From assembly GCA_040285855.1 (NCBI GenBank), contig JAUFOQ010000002.1, forward strand, positions 1,674,001 through 1,738,000: 64,000 bases of DNA, in the 5' to 3' direction. The notes beneath the pieces were generated by a model. That model was not told where the DNA came from, searched no databases, and worked only from the letters and a program-made list of their open reading frames with translations. Position numbers and translations under genes: made by a program. Positions 38,060-51,028 of the stretch are shown piece by piece (the first letter of the stretch is position 1; each line of letters opens with the position of its first letter). This DNA comes from Eukaryota sp. GEM-RC1 (lineage: Eukaryota).

Positions 38060-40225
38060 AACGGATTCATGTACGGAGAAAAACACACAAGAAAACAACA
38101 AATAAATAAACACTATTAAAACAAATTGTCAAACGAACTACCTAATTCCGAAAAGTAGTTGCCTCCAAACAACTTGGACAAATTGGAATCAACATATCTA
38201 TACATAGACCTAAAAATCGAAAAAGCAAATTTACTCTTCCAGTACGATCTGTTAAACTTCTTGCCAAATTCCGAACACAAATTTTCAAATAAACTTAAAA
38301 ACTCCTTGGTAGAAGAACCGAAATTTCCGTACAATGAAACTGCAAAAGGCTGAAAGACGATATAATTGTGTCTTCATGAATTCAATGCAGCAACTTGATG
38401 TCCGTACTTAGACATTTTGGCGTTCTCAACGTCTTTCAGCGGATCATTTGAAGTATTCAAAATGTTGGCAATAGCTGAAACTTTGCAAGAATCAACGGTC
38501 GTAAAATCAACAACAATTTCTTGGCATGACAACCAAGCGCCAGTAAAATCGACACGTTTCTGAGTAGAATCAGGGTGATCTGAAAGATGAGAAAGTAATG
38601 GTTCGACTTTGCCATGGACACCATTCGCCTTTAACATTTCCAAACATGTATCTCGAAGACTGTGGTGCAAAATTGAACGACAATAACTTTGAACAATTGA
38701 CCAAATGATGAAAGCTAGCCTTTTGTTTGTTTTTTCATATACACGTGCTGTTCTGTAACAAACCAAATGGCCAAAAACCTAGACGAAGTCTCATGTTAAC
38801 AAGCCATTCATGATCTTTTAGATTAAAAATAAATCTCCCTGGCAATTGAGTAATGAAAGTAGATGCTGAATCACTACTCATGTCTTGTAAAAATGCACAG
38901 AAAGCGGGACTTTTAACTTTAGCCAAGCTAATGCAGTTAGTATAGTCCAAGCTCTCATGGAAAATTTTGAAGTGATATAAGCCATTGACGAGGCGAATAT
39001 CGAATGAGATCTTCATTAGAGCAAAGTAAGGGATAACGTAACTTAAATTCATACAGCAGATTCTTCAAACATCCTAAAAAGGCACCTTCACGTCAGGGAT
39101 CGAAAAAATATATTGTAATAAATTTCTAGCATAAAAAATGTACAATAAATATATTGGAAAATGTGATCATTGCAATAAATATATTGGAAACTGAGATGAT
39201 TGCAATAAATAATTGCAATATATTGCAATATTTTGGGTAAAATTTGGTTCGTGAAAATGTCAGAAACTGAGACGTCCTGCTGAAATTTACTGACTGAAAA
39301 TCAACCACTACATGTAGTAGACCGTCAGAGCTTTTAGTCGGTTACCCTTTCAGATACATGCATAAGAACATTAATTATACTTCTTAACGTACTGTAAATC
39401 TTGACACCGCTTCTGATCATACTAGTAATGTACGCTCAGACTTCACAACCCATCTTTCTACTTTGCTCTTCTGTTGGTATCAATACTTATTTACTTCCAA
39501 TGGTTCCTATGATGTGATGTATATGCATGTTTCAACTTTTCAGCGATTCGTCACGTACATATACCACGTTCATTACAGTCCCACCTACTACATGATAAGA
39601 CTTCCCGCTTCCTGGTACAGACTCTGAGCAGGGATCGAAAAGAATAAATTGTATTGCTGGGTGCCACTATGATTGGAACGTGTCTTTATTGATACGTAAA
39701 TTAACACATGTACCAGTTTCCACAAGTCTCATTGCTTGAAGTATGTGTTGAGTGATGACAATAGAGATGTAGAAACCAACTGTAGGTCCCCTTTTAACTT
39801 TTTTTGGACTTGGAGTGGATATACAGTGAAAGAAAGTGTTCTTATGAACAAGACTTGTTAGAGTTACTCTGCATAAATCTCGTTGTGACATATTGCAATA
39901 TATTGGCAATATATTGCGCATCAAAAGACGTGCAAAATTTATTGCAATATAATATATTTCAATATATTGCAATACAATATATTTTTTCGATCCCTGCTTC
40001 ATGTCATATAACGAGCTTTGGAAAAACCAATTCCACCAAATCTCACAGCAGCAAATGAATGACGATGAATGGAAAGCTTTTTCGACTCTACCAGCTCTGA
40101 CAAAAACTCCTATCATGATTTCAAAAGCTCTATTACTAGTAGCTCTCAGTCTTTTTTATGAAGAAAAGACTGATGTGAGTTTTAATGGCAACGATTGTTG
40201 CTTTAATGATATTGAGTTCTAGTAC
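38060..40225 (-). mobile_element. Decayed CRE-like retroelement interrupted by the hAT at 39094
   Basis: FGGIGFSKARYM | GAFLGCLKN, WLVNMRLRLG, HHSLRD, DFTTVDSC, YGNFG..WKSKFAFSIFR. Confidence 0.85.
39094..39996. mobile_element. Non-autonomous hAT element (ATTGCAAT arrays)
   Basis: TIR CAGGGATCGAAAAAATATATTG; TSD CTTCA(C/T)GT; an extra internal left end at ~39629. Confidence 0.9.
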
Positions 40226-40476
40226 TTGTGTTTATCTTAGTGTTTTGCTCCATAAAAACTGAAAACAAAAAAATTAGATGGCCTGATGAACATCGAACAT
40301 TGATACTGATTGGCGATTGTTAAACTAAACTATCTCTATGTGCGTTATAGTAGTGTAACCACATGGACAACAGGAATTGTACATAAGACTCTTGCAAGAC
40401 ATTTAAAACCGAACATGACTTCCATTGACTTGTTTTTGTTTTAAGGGCAATCATTCTCTTCACATAATCTTCAAAC

Positions 40477-41429
40477 ATGCATCTTCTATTTGCTTTATTC
40501 ATTGCTCTTTGCGTTGCATATCGAAATGAAGTCATTCCTGACGATGTTCCTCCCATGATCCTGACAACTCCCCCTTCCGCGTTTATCAAATCCTCTGACC
40601 TTCCTACCAATTTTGATTGGAGTAATGTCAATGGTCAAAACTACTTGACTGTCACAAGAAACCAACATATTCCCCAATATTGCGGTTCTTGTTGGGTTTG
40701 TTCTTTGTGCTTGTTAATCTTAGGCTCATGGATCTATGGTTGCCTTATTTGATCGCGTTCGCATTCAACAAGGTCCTTTATCCACCCACATCACTCCTTC
40801 AATTCAACAAATCATTTCTTGCAGTAAGCAGTATGCCGGTTCTTGTCATGGAGGATCCCCAGGTCGTCTTTATCAATGGTTAACCAAAAACTATGCTGTT
40901 GAAGAATCCTGTTTCGCTTATGAAGCTACTAATGATAATTGGGCTGGATGTAGATTTGGAAGTTGCTGGGATTGTCGTTTCAATCTTCAAAAGCCTAAAT
41001 CTGAATGTTATGAAGTCAAGAATTTCACCAAGTACTCCGTTGAAGAATTTGGATATATTTCAGGTGAAGAACAGTATATGAAGGAGATCTTTTCTCGTGG
41101 ACCAATTGCAGTTGGTATCTGTGCTAACGAAGATTTGGAAGCTTTCAGAGGAGATGGTATTTTCAAAGATAATACTGGACAAAAATGTATCAATCACATG
41201 TATGTGTAATTCTCTCTGACCGTAGTGTTTCCATTACAGGCTGGGGAGTTGACGAAAACGGAACAAAGTACTGGAACATGAGAAAGTATGAGCGATTCTC
41301 TTAATTCACCTTAGCTCTTGGGGTTCTTTCTGGGGTAACGGAAAAGGTTTTGCTAAAATGGAACGAGGAGTTAATGTTCTGTCTCTAGAATCTTCTGGTT
41401 ATTGGGCTATTCCCCGAGTGTGGAACTAG
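40477..41429 (+). CDS. CTSZ: Cathepsin Z/X (papain family), introns 40696-40723, 41200-41225, 41286-41314
   Basis: [17 protein letters not shown] (HIP insertion), INH|IVSITGWG, RN|SWG; each GT-AG removal restores the frame and catalytic motifs. Confidence 0.95.
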
Positions 41430-41512
41430 TCTTAGTTTTCTCTAAACTTATTTGTATAAATCTAACAGATTTTCCGTTTGTAATTGATCAGCACTACATA
41501 GTTGATTCCAGG

Positions 41513-42065
41513 CATGGTAACGCAAATGTTCCGTACCGCGGCGATTTTAGGCGTACCATACGTACGGTACGTGTACTACTAGTAGTACTGTGCTTTGATC
41601 AATTAGAATTATTATTATTGTGAACATGATAAATCCAATGTGAGATTTTAACAGTTACCATCGTCATACATTCTACCGTTAAACATAGCTCACGATATCA
41701 AGATCACGATTGTTACACTTATTCAAATTTAGGGTACATCATTTGTGGACCGCAACTATCCCAAACTGACAGTGGTATATAGCGTCTTCGACTCACAATG
41801 CATTCAACGAGTGACTGATACGAGATATAACAATGACAATGGGCCCAAAAACACATAGAGTGTATTTCTAGACGATTAAAAGATGCAGAAGCGAATTTTA
41901 TTGGTACAGTTAATAGTACAGTGTTTGAGGAGGCAATGAATCTCCACTCCAAAAATAGTATTTGAAAATACATTTAGATCATTCATAAACAGGGCTTCTT
42001 ATAAAATCAAATGTCTTCGGTACGGATAAAATAAATCGGTACGTACCAAAGATTTGCGCATATTG
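41513..42065. mobile_element. Non-autonomous hAT element (CGTAC arrays), copy 1
   Basis: Imperfect CA..CGCAAAT TIR; TSD (A/G)TTCCAGG; full-length similarity to 58272-58793. Confidence 0.8.
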
Positions 42066-42175
42066 GTTCCAGGTTTCATTAAAGTAATCCGAAATACAAA
42101 ATTAAAGTATAGTGGTTTACTCTACTTTAAGCTTCATTTTACTTTCGCTATAAAGTTACTTTAAGGTCTATAAAG

Positions 42176-42990
42176 CATAGTTGTGAAATACATGTGCAAA
42201 CAAATAATACAATACAGAATATCGATACATAAAATACAGAATAAAAAAATACAATACATAATACTGTATTAAGTGTATTTGTTATCTTGTAATAACAAGT
42301 GTTAAACTATGTAAATTGAGTCCGACGACTGCAAAAGTGATTGGTCTTCAGGATTATCATGGTTCACTATGCATTCTTAGACTTCTTTTCATTTATCAAC
42401 CCAATAGTCCTTTCGATTCTTAAATACAGCAAGGGTCCGCCGAAAGAACTGTCTGGGCCGTTTACGATGTGACTTTGGACACTATTTGTGTCGTACATTA
42501 TTTGTAAATCGTCTGGGTATACCACTTTTGAGTGAAAAGTTTTAACTCGAAATCATAGTCTCCAAAGACTACCCGTACATGTTCAAAATAGGATCGATCT
42601 GAGTGTCGTGTAGCTCCTCTTATCAGGGTTAGGAACCTTCACCACTGACTGTTAGTAGTCAAACTAGATTGTACAACTTCACGTGGTTTGGAATCTCAGC
42701 AAACATTTTTGAATTTTTTGCAATGAACATTATTAAGTGTTTCTAAATTTTTGTCAGTTGACTTTGATCGGTGTCTCACTTTTTGATCATCTAGGATACG
42801 CAATTGACCTACTGTAATGGTTAGGGTTTCGAAAATTCAGCCCAAAATGTTATTTTCTGCAAATTTTTACAATAATACATGACACCATGGTACCAAACAA
42901 TGGTCTAATTGATCAGCAACATACGCTGTCGAGTGTTTCTGTCATTTATTTCAGTCATTTTCATCAATTAAACGGTTTTTAGGGTCTAGT
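42176..42990 (-). mobile_element. Truncated inverted sister copy of the hAT element at 4195-5878
   Basis: Begins CATAGTTG..AAATAC and is colinear with the reverse complement of 5878 down to 4330, without the nested MITE. Confidence 0.8.
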
Positions 42991-43158
42991 GGAAAGAAAA
43001 GACTTCCCTGATTGATACGTTTCACTCAAAATAGTATGACCGCATAATGTTTCTAGTAACGTTGTGTGTCCCTTGGTGACAATTGTGTAATGTCCTTTCA
43101 TTAAAGAGGATTGTTTGTGTTGATGGTCATAGCAAGTACAGGAACTTGTTTTTGTATT

Positions 43159-43240
43159 GCAACTGTGGTCCAGTGGTTACGACGGTGCTTTGCTAAGGCA
43201 TTGGGATTTTCCCGCGTGAGTTCGAATCTCACCAGTTGCG
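43159..43240 (+). tRNA. tRNA-Ser(GCU)
   Basis: Identical to the 32181-32262 copy; TTTTTT terminator. Confidence 0.92.
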
Positions 43241-43399
43241 TTTTTTACTTCTATTGTGTTCTGAGTACAACTGTCAATGAAAATTTTCGGTTGAATAGGT
43301 TAACGGTTGCTCTGCCATGTTCAACTCATAGATCTTTTACTTGTATTATAGGTAAGTTGGTTGGAGATGGACAGAAGGACCATAGTTTAGACACTTTAG

Positions 43400-44860
43400 T
43401 TAGTTAAATTTTTGGGTACCTATTAATGTAAACGAGGTAAAATTTTAGACAGTTTGTATAATTTTGTGAATAAGCTTCAATCCCAATTACAATCAATTCA
43501 AGATTTGAAAATTGAAAAACATTTGGCTTTTTCGATGCTTTCAGTTTGTTTTAGTTCAAAGATTAATCATTTTTTGAGATCTATACCTCCTGATATTTCA
43601 AGGGAAGTAGCTCAAAAATTCAATGAAATTAGAACTAAATTTTTGGGCAATCTTGTTGAAACTGATTCAACCAAACTTCCTTATCATGCATTTTTTTTGC
43701 TTCTTTTGGTGGTGTTGGATTTTCTAGAGCGGAGTATTTGTGTCAAAGTGCATATCTTGGTGGTTTGAAAAACTTTCTTTTCGAATTCCGTTTAAGATTT
43801 AGTGATGTGTTTTCACAAATAATCGCACAGAATTCTGTGTGGTTACGTCCTCTTGATTGTGTCATTCAAAACCTATCTGCTGACATTTGGAACAAGTGTT
43901 TTCCTAAGTCAATCTCTTCTATTCCTGATAGGTCAATCGAGTTTCTACATTTATCTGTGGTAAAATTACAAAATTGTGTTTTACATGGCTTAGAAGACTT
44001 GGATTTCTCTAAACGTCTTAGTGTTACTAAGGTAAATAATCCCGTCTTTGCTGCTTTTCTTTTGGATTTAAAAAACTGTTCATCGTTTATTACTCAACAG
44101 CCTAGACCTTATGGTCTTCATCTCAATAATGAGGCTTGGAAACTTAACATGCGTCTTCGCTTAGGTCTGTTTCCATCAGAATTGTTGGATAATACTATGT
44201 GTTGTTGTGAAAAGAGACCAAAAGCTGATTTCAGACACATTGTTAGTTGCAAAAAATTTCTTCAGTTTAGATCGATTTTACACAATGCTGTTCGTGACGT
44301 TACGTATGAAATGTTTAAATGTCATGGGTTTAATGGGACATCGAACCTCTTCTTAAGCATTATAGTGATGATAATATTACCAATTCTCGACGAGGTGATC
44401 TCATTGTTCCATATCTTGATTCTTGTCAAGCTGTGATAGATTTTACTACTGTGGATCCATGTGCTAAAGTATATTTGAATTCAGTTTCGAGTGATACTGA
44501 AAATCATTTATCCAAAGCTGAAAAATGAAAAATTAGTACATATTCTGACACAATGATCAAACTGAATTCCAATTTGTATTCTTCTTTTAAGTTCATTCCT
44601 TTTGCTATTTCAATTCTTGGTAATATTGGATTTGCTGCTGAAAAATTCTTTGATGCCTTTTCAAAGTTGTGCCGTGACCATAGGAAAAATTTTAATCAGT
44701 CTATTTGGCGCAATCGCATTGTTTTTTCCTTATATAGAAGTTTCCCAAAGTATTTGAATCGTATTCTGGACAAATTGTATCGTGGTAGTTCAAGAGTAGA
44801 TGTGGATCATTTAATATCTTTTAAGTACTAGTTGTTTGTATTTCGTTAATTTATAACATA
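43400..44860 (+). mobile_element. 5'-truncated CRE-like retroelement (thumb, zinc knuckle, RLE)
   Basis: KINHFLRSIPP, NMRLRLG, CCC..HIVSC..HNAVRD, RGDL, DFTTVDPC, PFAISILGNIG, WRNRIVFSLYR. Confidence 0.88.
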
Positions 44861-45403
44861 AAATTATCTATGTTAGTTAGTTATTGTTTTTGCAAAAGCG
44901 AAATTAATTGTTTGCTTTGCAAAAAATTTCAAAAATTTGCTTTGTAGAGACACTATTTTACAGTTGCGAATCACAAATTTTTGTGATTTGATTTTGTGAT
45001 GTGATTCTGACATGTAATTGTTTAGATTATACATTACCATGTGTTTATTACTATCTTAAACAATGCTAAGTACAAGAATTCGGTTCACGAACTTATGATA
45101 TAGAAGTAAATTTAGCATCGGAACTGAAGAAGAATATATGTATGTTTGTTTTAAAAAAATGTCTCGTCTACATTCATCTACAATCAATCAAACATCTACA
45201 TGTATCATGTTTCATGGAAGAACATAACTATCTTACATCCATATCATTCCATATTCTGTGTTAAGATCAAACATGTCTATGTAACTTTAATATAATTTTC
45301 AAATTTGATAGCGACCTTGAATTGACTTAATAACAACAATAGAGTGTGAACGGAAAAACCCATTAACTTCAGTTGAACTGAATATTCTTCGGAATGGGTA
45401 GAA

Positions 45404-46529
45404 TCATTGTAGTGAGTCTACATCCTCGAAATACAATCTATTAATCACCAAGGCTCCGTCAGCACACCAAAACGGAAGAGGACTGTTAACAGTGAACAAC
45501 CCAGTCATTTCATACTTGAAACTATGAAGACATATAGGTGGTGCACTTACATTAGTAAGATCAGAAGAACACGAATCTTCTTCATTTCCATACAGTACAT
45601 CTCCTACAATGGGAAAACCCAAGGACTTCAAATGAACGCGAATCTGATGTTTTCTTCCCGTTTGAAGTAGACATGCAACAATAGAATCTCCTAATTCATC
45701 ACTGACAGCTCGCGGGTCCATTTCTGACTTAAAAAAACTGAAATTGTGATCCAAAAGTGAATCAGTACGAAGCTTGTGTAGGTTTGTTACTAAGGGATAG
45801 ACCAAGGTTCTGGATGTCTTCCCGTCTGGTGACGCAATGACACGTATACCAGAATGAGACGGATCTTGTTTTAAAGGATCGGAAACAGTGATTGCGTTAA
45901 ATAATTGAGAATCGTCAAAAAGACCACGAACTCGTGCAATGTATAGTTTAGAAATAGTGTTATTCAGATGTGCTTCTGCAATTGACTTAGCCACTTTCTT
46001 CGTTTTAGCATATACCACACATCCAGAAGTGACACCATCAATTCTATGTGTGAGAAACAACTGTTGACTATTAAGATCCGGATAATGGTCAATCAAATAC
46101 CGATACATTGTATTAAACCTATAGGGTCCAGTTGTAATGAGAGGGAGTGTAGGAGGTTTGCAGAAGGCAACAATGTTTGAGTCTTCGTGAATAAGAACGG
46201 GTGGAATGTTAAGCACACCGTTTTCAATACGTAGTACTTTTGAAATGATGGTGTCCTTCAAAGTGAGGATGTAGCCATGAGTGACGGATTTGGCAGAGTC
46301 TTCTCCTTCAGTAAACACGGAGATAGATCCTGATTCGATTCTTTTACGAAGCTCATCAGAATCAACCGAAGAACGAGGTCCACAGAATTGCTCTAGACAA
46401 ACATCAAAAAGTGGTCTATTAACCCATGCGCCTCTCACTCTTGCACGGAATTCATAGGGATAAGGTGTTACAAAACGATAAGGCCCTTCATAGAAAAAAG
46501 GTTCCAACTGGAGAAGCGAGAGATTCCAT
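45404..46529 (-). CDS. RluA/RPUSD-family pseudouridine synthase; extra G near 46505
   Basis: KPPTLP, HRIDGVTSG (catalytic D), KLYIARV, TGRKHQIRVHL..LGFPIVGD.LY, LHS. Confidence 0.9.
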
Positions 46530-46534
46530 TTTTG

Positions 46535-46774
46535 ATGGGCACAATAACTGTTGAACTTCTTCTAGCTCGAGAACGAACCAAACCTTATGTTAGGGCTACT
46601 TTCCCTGAAAAAGGTCCTGCGTTTATAATATCACGGTTTGGTGCATTGCATTTTGGTATTGATCCAACACATGCAAAGCTTCTTACTTCCAATAACAAGC
46701 CAGTCTCTGTGGAATCTTTATCTGTTCATGATCTTACTTCTTCCTTCGGTACAGACTTTGTGCTACAACCTTAA
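46535..46774 (+). CDS. Divergent Ufm1-like ubiquitin-fold protein lacking the C-terminal Gly
   Basis: Near-colinear with Ufm1 (PY....PE..P.....F....F, T, G.....P); stops at the Pro preceding RDRVG. Confidence 0.65.
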   Translation: MGTITVELLLARERTKPYVRATFPEKGPAFIISRFGALHFGIDPTHAKLLTSNNKPVSVESLSVHDLTSSFGTDFVLQP

Positions 46775-46949
46775 TCACTGTTTATCTCTCCATTTCTGTT
46801 CTATAGTGCCTCTTTTAGCCTGTCTTTGGTTCTTGTAAGTTTAGTGTACATTGCTTTGTTGAAATATTTCCCTTGAGAGATTTTGTCTTCTTGTTTTGAC
46901 ATACAACTCGTTTTTCTTTGTCTTAATTTTATCTAAACAATCCTAGTAT

Positions 46950-47471
46950 CTACTGACATAGTCCTAAATCCCTACATGCAGTTTCTTCAAACTCTCCTTC
47001 ATGCTGCATCAGCTTCTCCCCTTCATTGACCATTCCTTTGACGAAATTCTTGCAGTCTTTTGTGGATACACCCGTGATAGTGTTGTACTTCTCGCAAAGT
47101 TTCAACAGAACTGGTTCAAAATTCTCCAAGTTCAATTTTTTTGGGATTAGTTTTTTAATTTGTTTAGTCGCATCCAGACAAGCTTGGCACTCTTGTGGGT
47201 GACAGACTTTCAGGCCCTCACAGATCTTTTGGTCCAAGATCTTCTCTTTGCTCCATTCAACAATCTTATCTTCATTGCTCTTTACAAAGTTGAAACAAGC
47301 GTCAGCATAATGAGATGGCAACTTCTGACATGCCTTTTCTAAGTAATATAGTCCTAGCGCAGTGTTTTTAACGTTGTCAGGAATCATTGCCTTTACTGAT
47401 TTCAAACAGGTTTCGCATTTGAGATCCGCAGCTACTACGAGCAGTAAAACGCTGAGAAGAAGAAGTTTCAT
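46950..47471 (-). CDS. Secreted two-domain saposin-like protein
   Basis: Signal peptide, 12 Cys in two saposin patterns. Confidence 0.85.
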   Translation of the reverse strand: MKLLLLSVLLLVVAADLKCETCLKSVKAMIPDNVKNTALGLYYLEKACQKLPSHYADACFNFVKSNEDKIVEWSKEKILDQKICEGLKVCHPQECQACLDATKQIKKLIPKKLNLENFEPVLLKLCEKYNTITGVSTKDCKNFVKGMVNEGEKLMQHEGEFEETACRDLGLCQ

Positions 47472-47577
47472 TCAGTGTATCAAAAGTATTAAGACATTAT
47501 AGATGGTCGTAACGGATATCCTACAGAGGATTTCTTCCAAAACGTACTAATATAGTTTACATACATAAACCAACATA

Positions 47578-48649
47578 CAGTAAAAACTGTCTATAGCGTG
47601 AAACTCTATATAGCGTAAAACTCTATATAGCGTGCACTTTTCACGGTCCGACATTTTCCTCTCCTTTTTCCCATATGACATCCTGTCTGTCGCCTCTATC
47701 AGTAGTTCTCTTTGGTAATAAACTGTCGTATTGCTGGCGTTCATTCTGATAACATCTTTTGATCATCAACTTGAAGTTGTATTACCTTCTTTCTTGACTT
47801 CACATATACCGGACATATTTCCTTTGATACCCCTGACATCCCCGTCTTAGCTGCCTCGTCAACATCATCCCTTTCACATCTTGCTCATCTCAGATTATCT
47901 TTGGTGTTACAGCTTCTAACAAATGTAACTCCTCCATCAAAACCCTGTCGGATGTTGATTGCCGTACCACAAGAACTTTTTTATCTAGCAACCCTCCATA
48001 CTCTCCAAAAGAGTTCCCTAAAAGAGCATAACACATGGTCTAAACCAACGCTATAACGTAGACGTAGACGGAAGATATATTTATGATAAACAACCTTATT
48101 GAATCGTGTTTATGGGAAGAACCAACAAGAAACTATACAGAACTACCATGAAGCCAAAGAACAAACCCAAATTGATAGGGAAATAGAAGGGGTGATGGAA
48201 GAGGTAGATCCGTTCTCATAATCTCTGGAGATTCATCACTCATCTACTCAGAGAGGAGGGTGATACAAGGGATACAACAGGTTGCTTGGAAGATGAATCG
48301 TGTCATCATAGGTTTAAGCGAGATGATCATGTCTTTTCTTCCCTCTTTCATGTCCAAATAGGGTCAGAATGAAGTTACTCCACTGGAACTTCCGTATCTG
48401 GATCATTTCTTGAATTCCGTTCAAAATATTTACCACCCAGATTCTGGTCGTGTCCAATCTTCCTTCTCCATCCCATGTAGTTATGCCCACGATATGGATA
48501 TTTGGATGGTGCACACTTTGCTCTTTCTAGATCTGCTTGAAATAAACACTTATTGTTGAGGATGGAGCTGCACAGTGCGTTTATTCTATATAGCGTGAAA
48601 CTCTATATAGCGTAGGTACATATAGTCCCGCTATAAACAGTGTTGACTG
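47578..48649. mobile_element. Tc1/mariner-pogo-type element
   Basis: TIR CAGT(A/C)AA(A/C)ACTGT(C/T)TATAGCG with TA flanks; CTCTATATAGCGT subterminal repeats. Confidence 0.85.
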
Positions 48650-48701
48650 TATCATATAATTCATGAAATTATAAACACATTTTTATAACAAAAATCAATT
48701 A

Positions 48702-50203
48702 TCAACAAATCATGTCTGGAGTACGAAGTCTTGGACACTTGGTATTCATTCCAGCATAAGGTTTGATTGAATTGAAAAAGGGCCAGTGCTCAACAGGAGC
48801 CTGGTAGATTCCGCCAATCTGACAACCAGAGAAGTCACCCAACCCACATTCTGCTGGTTTAGTAGACCAATTCTTTTCAAAAATATCCAATTGTGTTACA
48901 TCCTTGGGAGTGAATTCAGTGGCCATCAGTCCTTTAGCTACTGCTTCGTCAAAGACTCCAGCAGCTTTCAAAGTCGCAACAACAAAGGAAGAGCAAATGA
49001 GCTGATGTCGACCATCATACAACCAATCATCGTCTTCGGGAAGAGCCCACATCTCTCCAAAAGTCATGTTGATTTTGGTCAAGTACTGGGAGAGTTCATC
49101 AAGATTCTTAAACCAATTCTGACCTAGCTTTTGGGAGGCACCCTTCAGTACTAAGATTTCAGTCTTGTCAGGAACAAATCTTTCGGCGAGTTTAAGCCCA
49201 GCAAGAAGCATAGGCCATTGAATGTATCCGGGATAACTCGAATCAGTTGTATCAATCCAAGAAGACATGAAGTTGGAATATCCATACGGATTATGTTCAC
49301 GACTCTTAAAGAACTCCACGGCCTTGGTATTATTAAAACGCTTTCGTAGATCTACTCGTAGCGGAAGCCATACAGTCATCTTCTCATCCGCTAACAAATC
49401 AAAGAACTTATCATAGGGAGTGGCACTGATGCCTCTACGAACAGTGGGAGAAGGAGGAACGTCTGAAAACGGAGCATCATCTTGGGATTCAATTACATAG
49501 ATGTCGTTGTTCATTTCCACAATCATTGCACAATGACCAATTCCAGTTCCATTGGTTCCATACTGAATCATCGTAGAGAGACCATCTGGGGCAGCCTGGA
49601 TAAGGATGTCACCTGGAGAGAGTAGATGTTTTGGCACACGATAGGTTGATGTACGTTTTTGAAGGGTAACTCCCATTTCCTCCTTCATGAACTCGAGGTT
49701 TTCCTCGGTTGAGGATTTTCCAAGAAAAAGTTTGATGGTCTTGTAGATGTCTTCCATAATGTGGACAAAGCCGTCATGAATGTCAAAAGATAGAAACCGT
49801 TGTTAACAACATCCGCATAGAGAATATCGTCTAGGTGGATCCTCCACTTATGCGATCCCTTGGTATAGATGGTTTTAATATTTAAGGAGTTCTGTGTGAG
49901 CAGCAGGAGGTTATCAGTACAAAAGAGGGATGCGGCATTATCTGTTTGGAGGTGTATGTCAGCAACTCTGGAGACGTGATCAATGGAGAATGCAACTTTG
50001 GAGTTTTTGAAACATCGACCACTGAATGAATAGTGATGACGTTCATGCTTCATGTAGGCGACCATATGAGGGATGAAATCGTAGAAGTTCGAAGAGAAAT
50101 CCACATGTTCTAATGACAATGGAAGGGAAAACGATCCGCTGACCGACACTATTAGAGTAACCAGAACTAGGATAAGAATGGGAATTATAGCTTGGACCGC
50201 CAT
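48702..50203 (-). CDS. Secreted permuted NlpC/P60 (YiiX/YaeF-like) protein; -1 shift at the T-run near 49787
   Basis: Signal peptide; PGDIL, GHCAM (His), YVIES, PYGY, ICSSFV (Cys after His), EFTPKD. Confidence 0.7.
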
Positions 50204-51028
50204 CTGCTAGAGCTTCGAGAAAATGACCAAAGAAAAGTTCAGTTTGGTGACGTGTCAGTAACCAAATAAATTGTCTTACAACTTCGCTTACAGTCTAGGT
50301 GTACCACTCTAGTACTTCACTCTCCGAATTATATTTCTCTGAGGCTCAAACAAAACCTTCTGCCACAGTGAACCATGGGACTCTTTTTGCACTGAATTGG
50401 AATTTACACCATTAAAAAAAATTAATTAAAGAAATACATACACAACGACGTGGGTAAGTTGAATCAACAGTATATCAATGAATGAGATAAGACATCCGTG
50501 TGCATATCCATTACTTTAAGAAATTTCTAACATAAAGCAATAGCTTTAGCTTCAAAACTATGGTTAAACAACAAAGTCCCGGTCACAGAACCATAGCTCT
50601 AGACAAATATTGTCAATAAAGCATGTGACACTCGTAAATTCTGCTACAATGGTCTTACAATGTACACGTGACAATACGGAACAATGGTTGTGTCACATGT
50701 AATTCTATTGAAAAAATAGGTGTGGCCACTTAACCACATAAAGGGGTTCCAATACAAGCAAGGTCCCAATACAAGCAAGAAAATGTGTTTGCTTGTATAA
50801 GATAGAAAGTTCTAGTTGCATCTACAAAAAGAGTTGTACAGTCTGGTAGATCTTTGAGAAGTATTTCTACTGTCAAATTCCCTCTACTATATGTACAAGC
50901 TCGGCTTCTATTATAGCTAATCGTTCTTCACACCCATCCTGTACATGGAGATTTTGTGTTTCTACTAATTTGTTGTTGATTGTAACATAGTTGGTAGTGT
51001 ATCTCTATACTAACCTTTACTTATTCTC

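Noticed and set aside
32171..43407. ORFs 32171-32443, 35048-35236 and 43111-43407
   Set aside because: Chance frames across the tRNA genes
31900..44860. tRNA-targeted retrotransposition
   Set aside because: Retroelement pieces lie upstream of one tRNA and downstream of the others, in differing orientations and distances; most copies have no tRNA nearby
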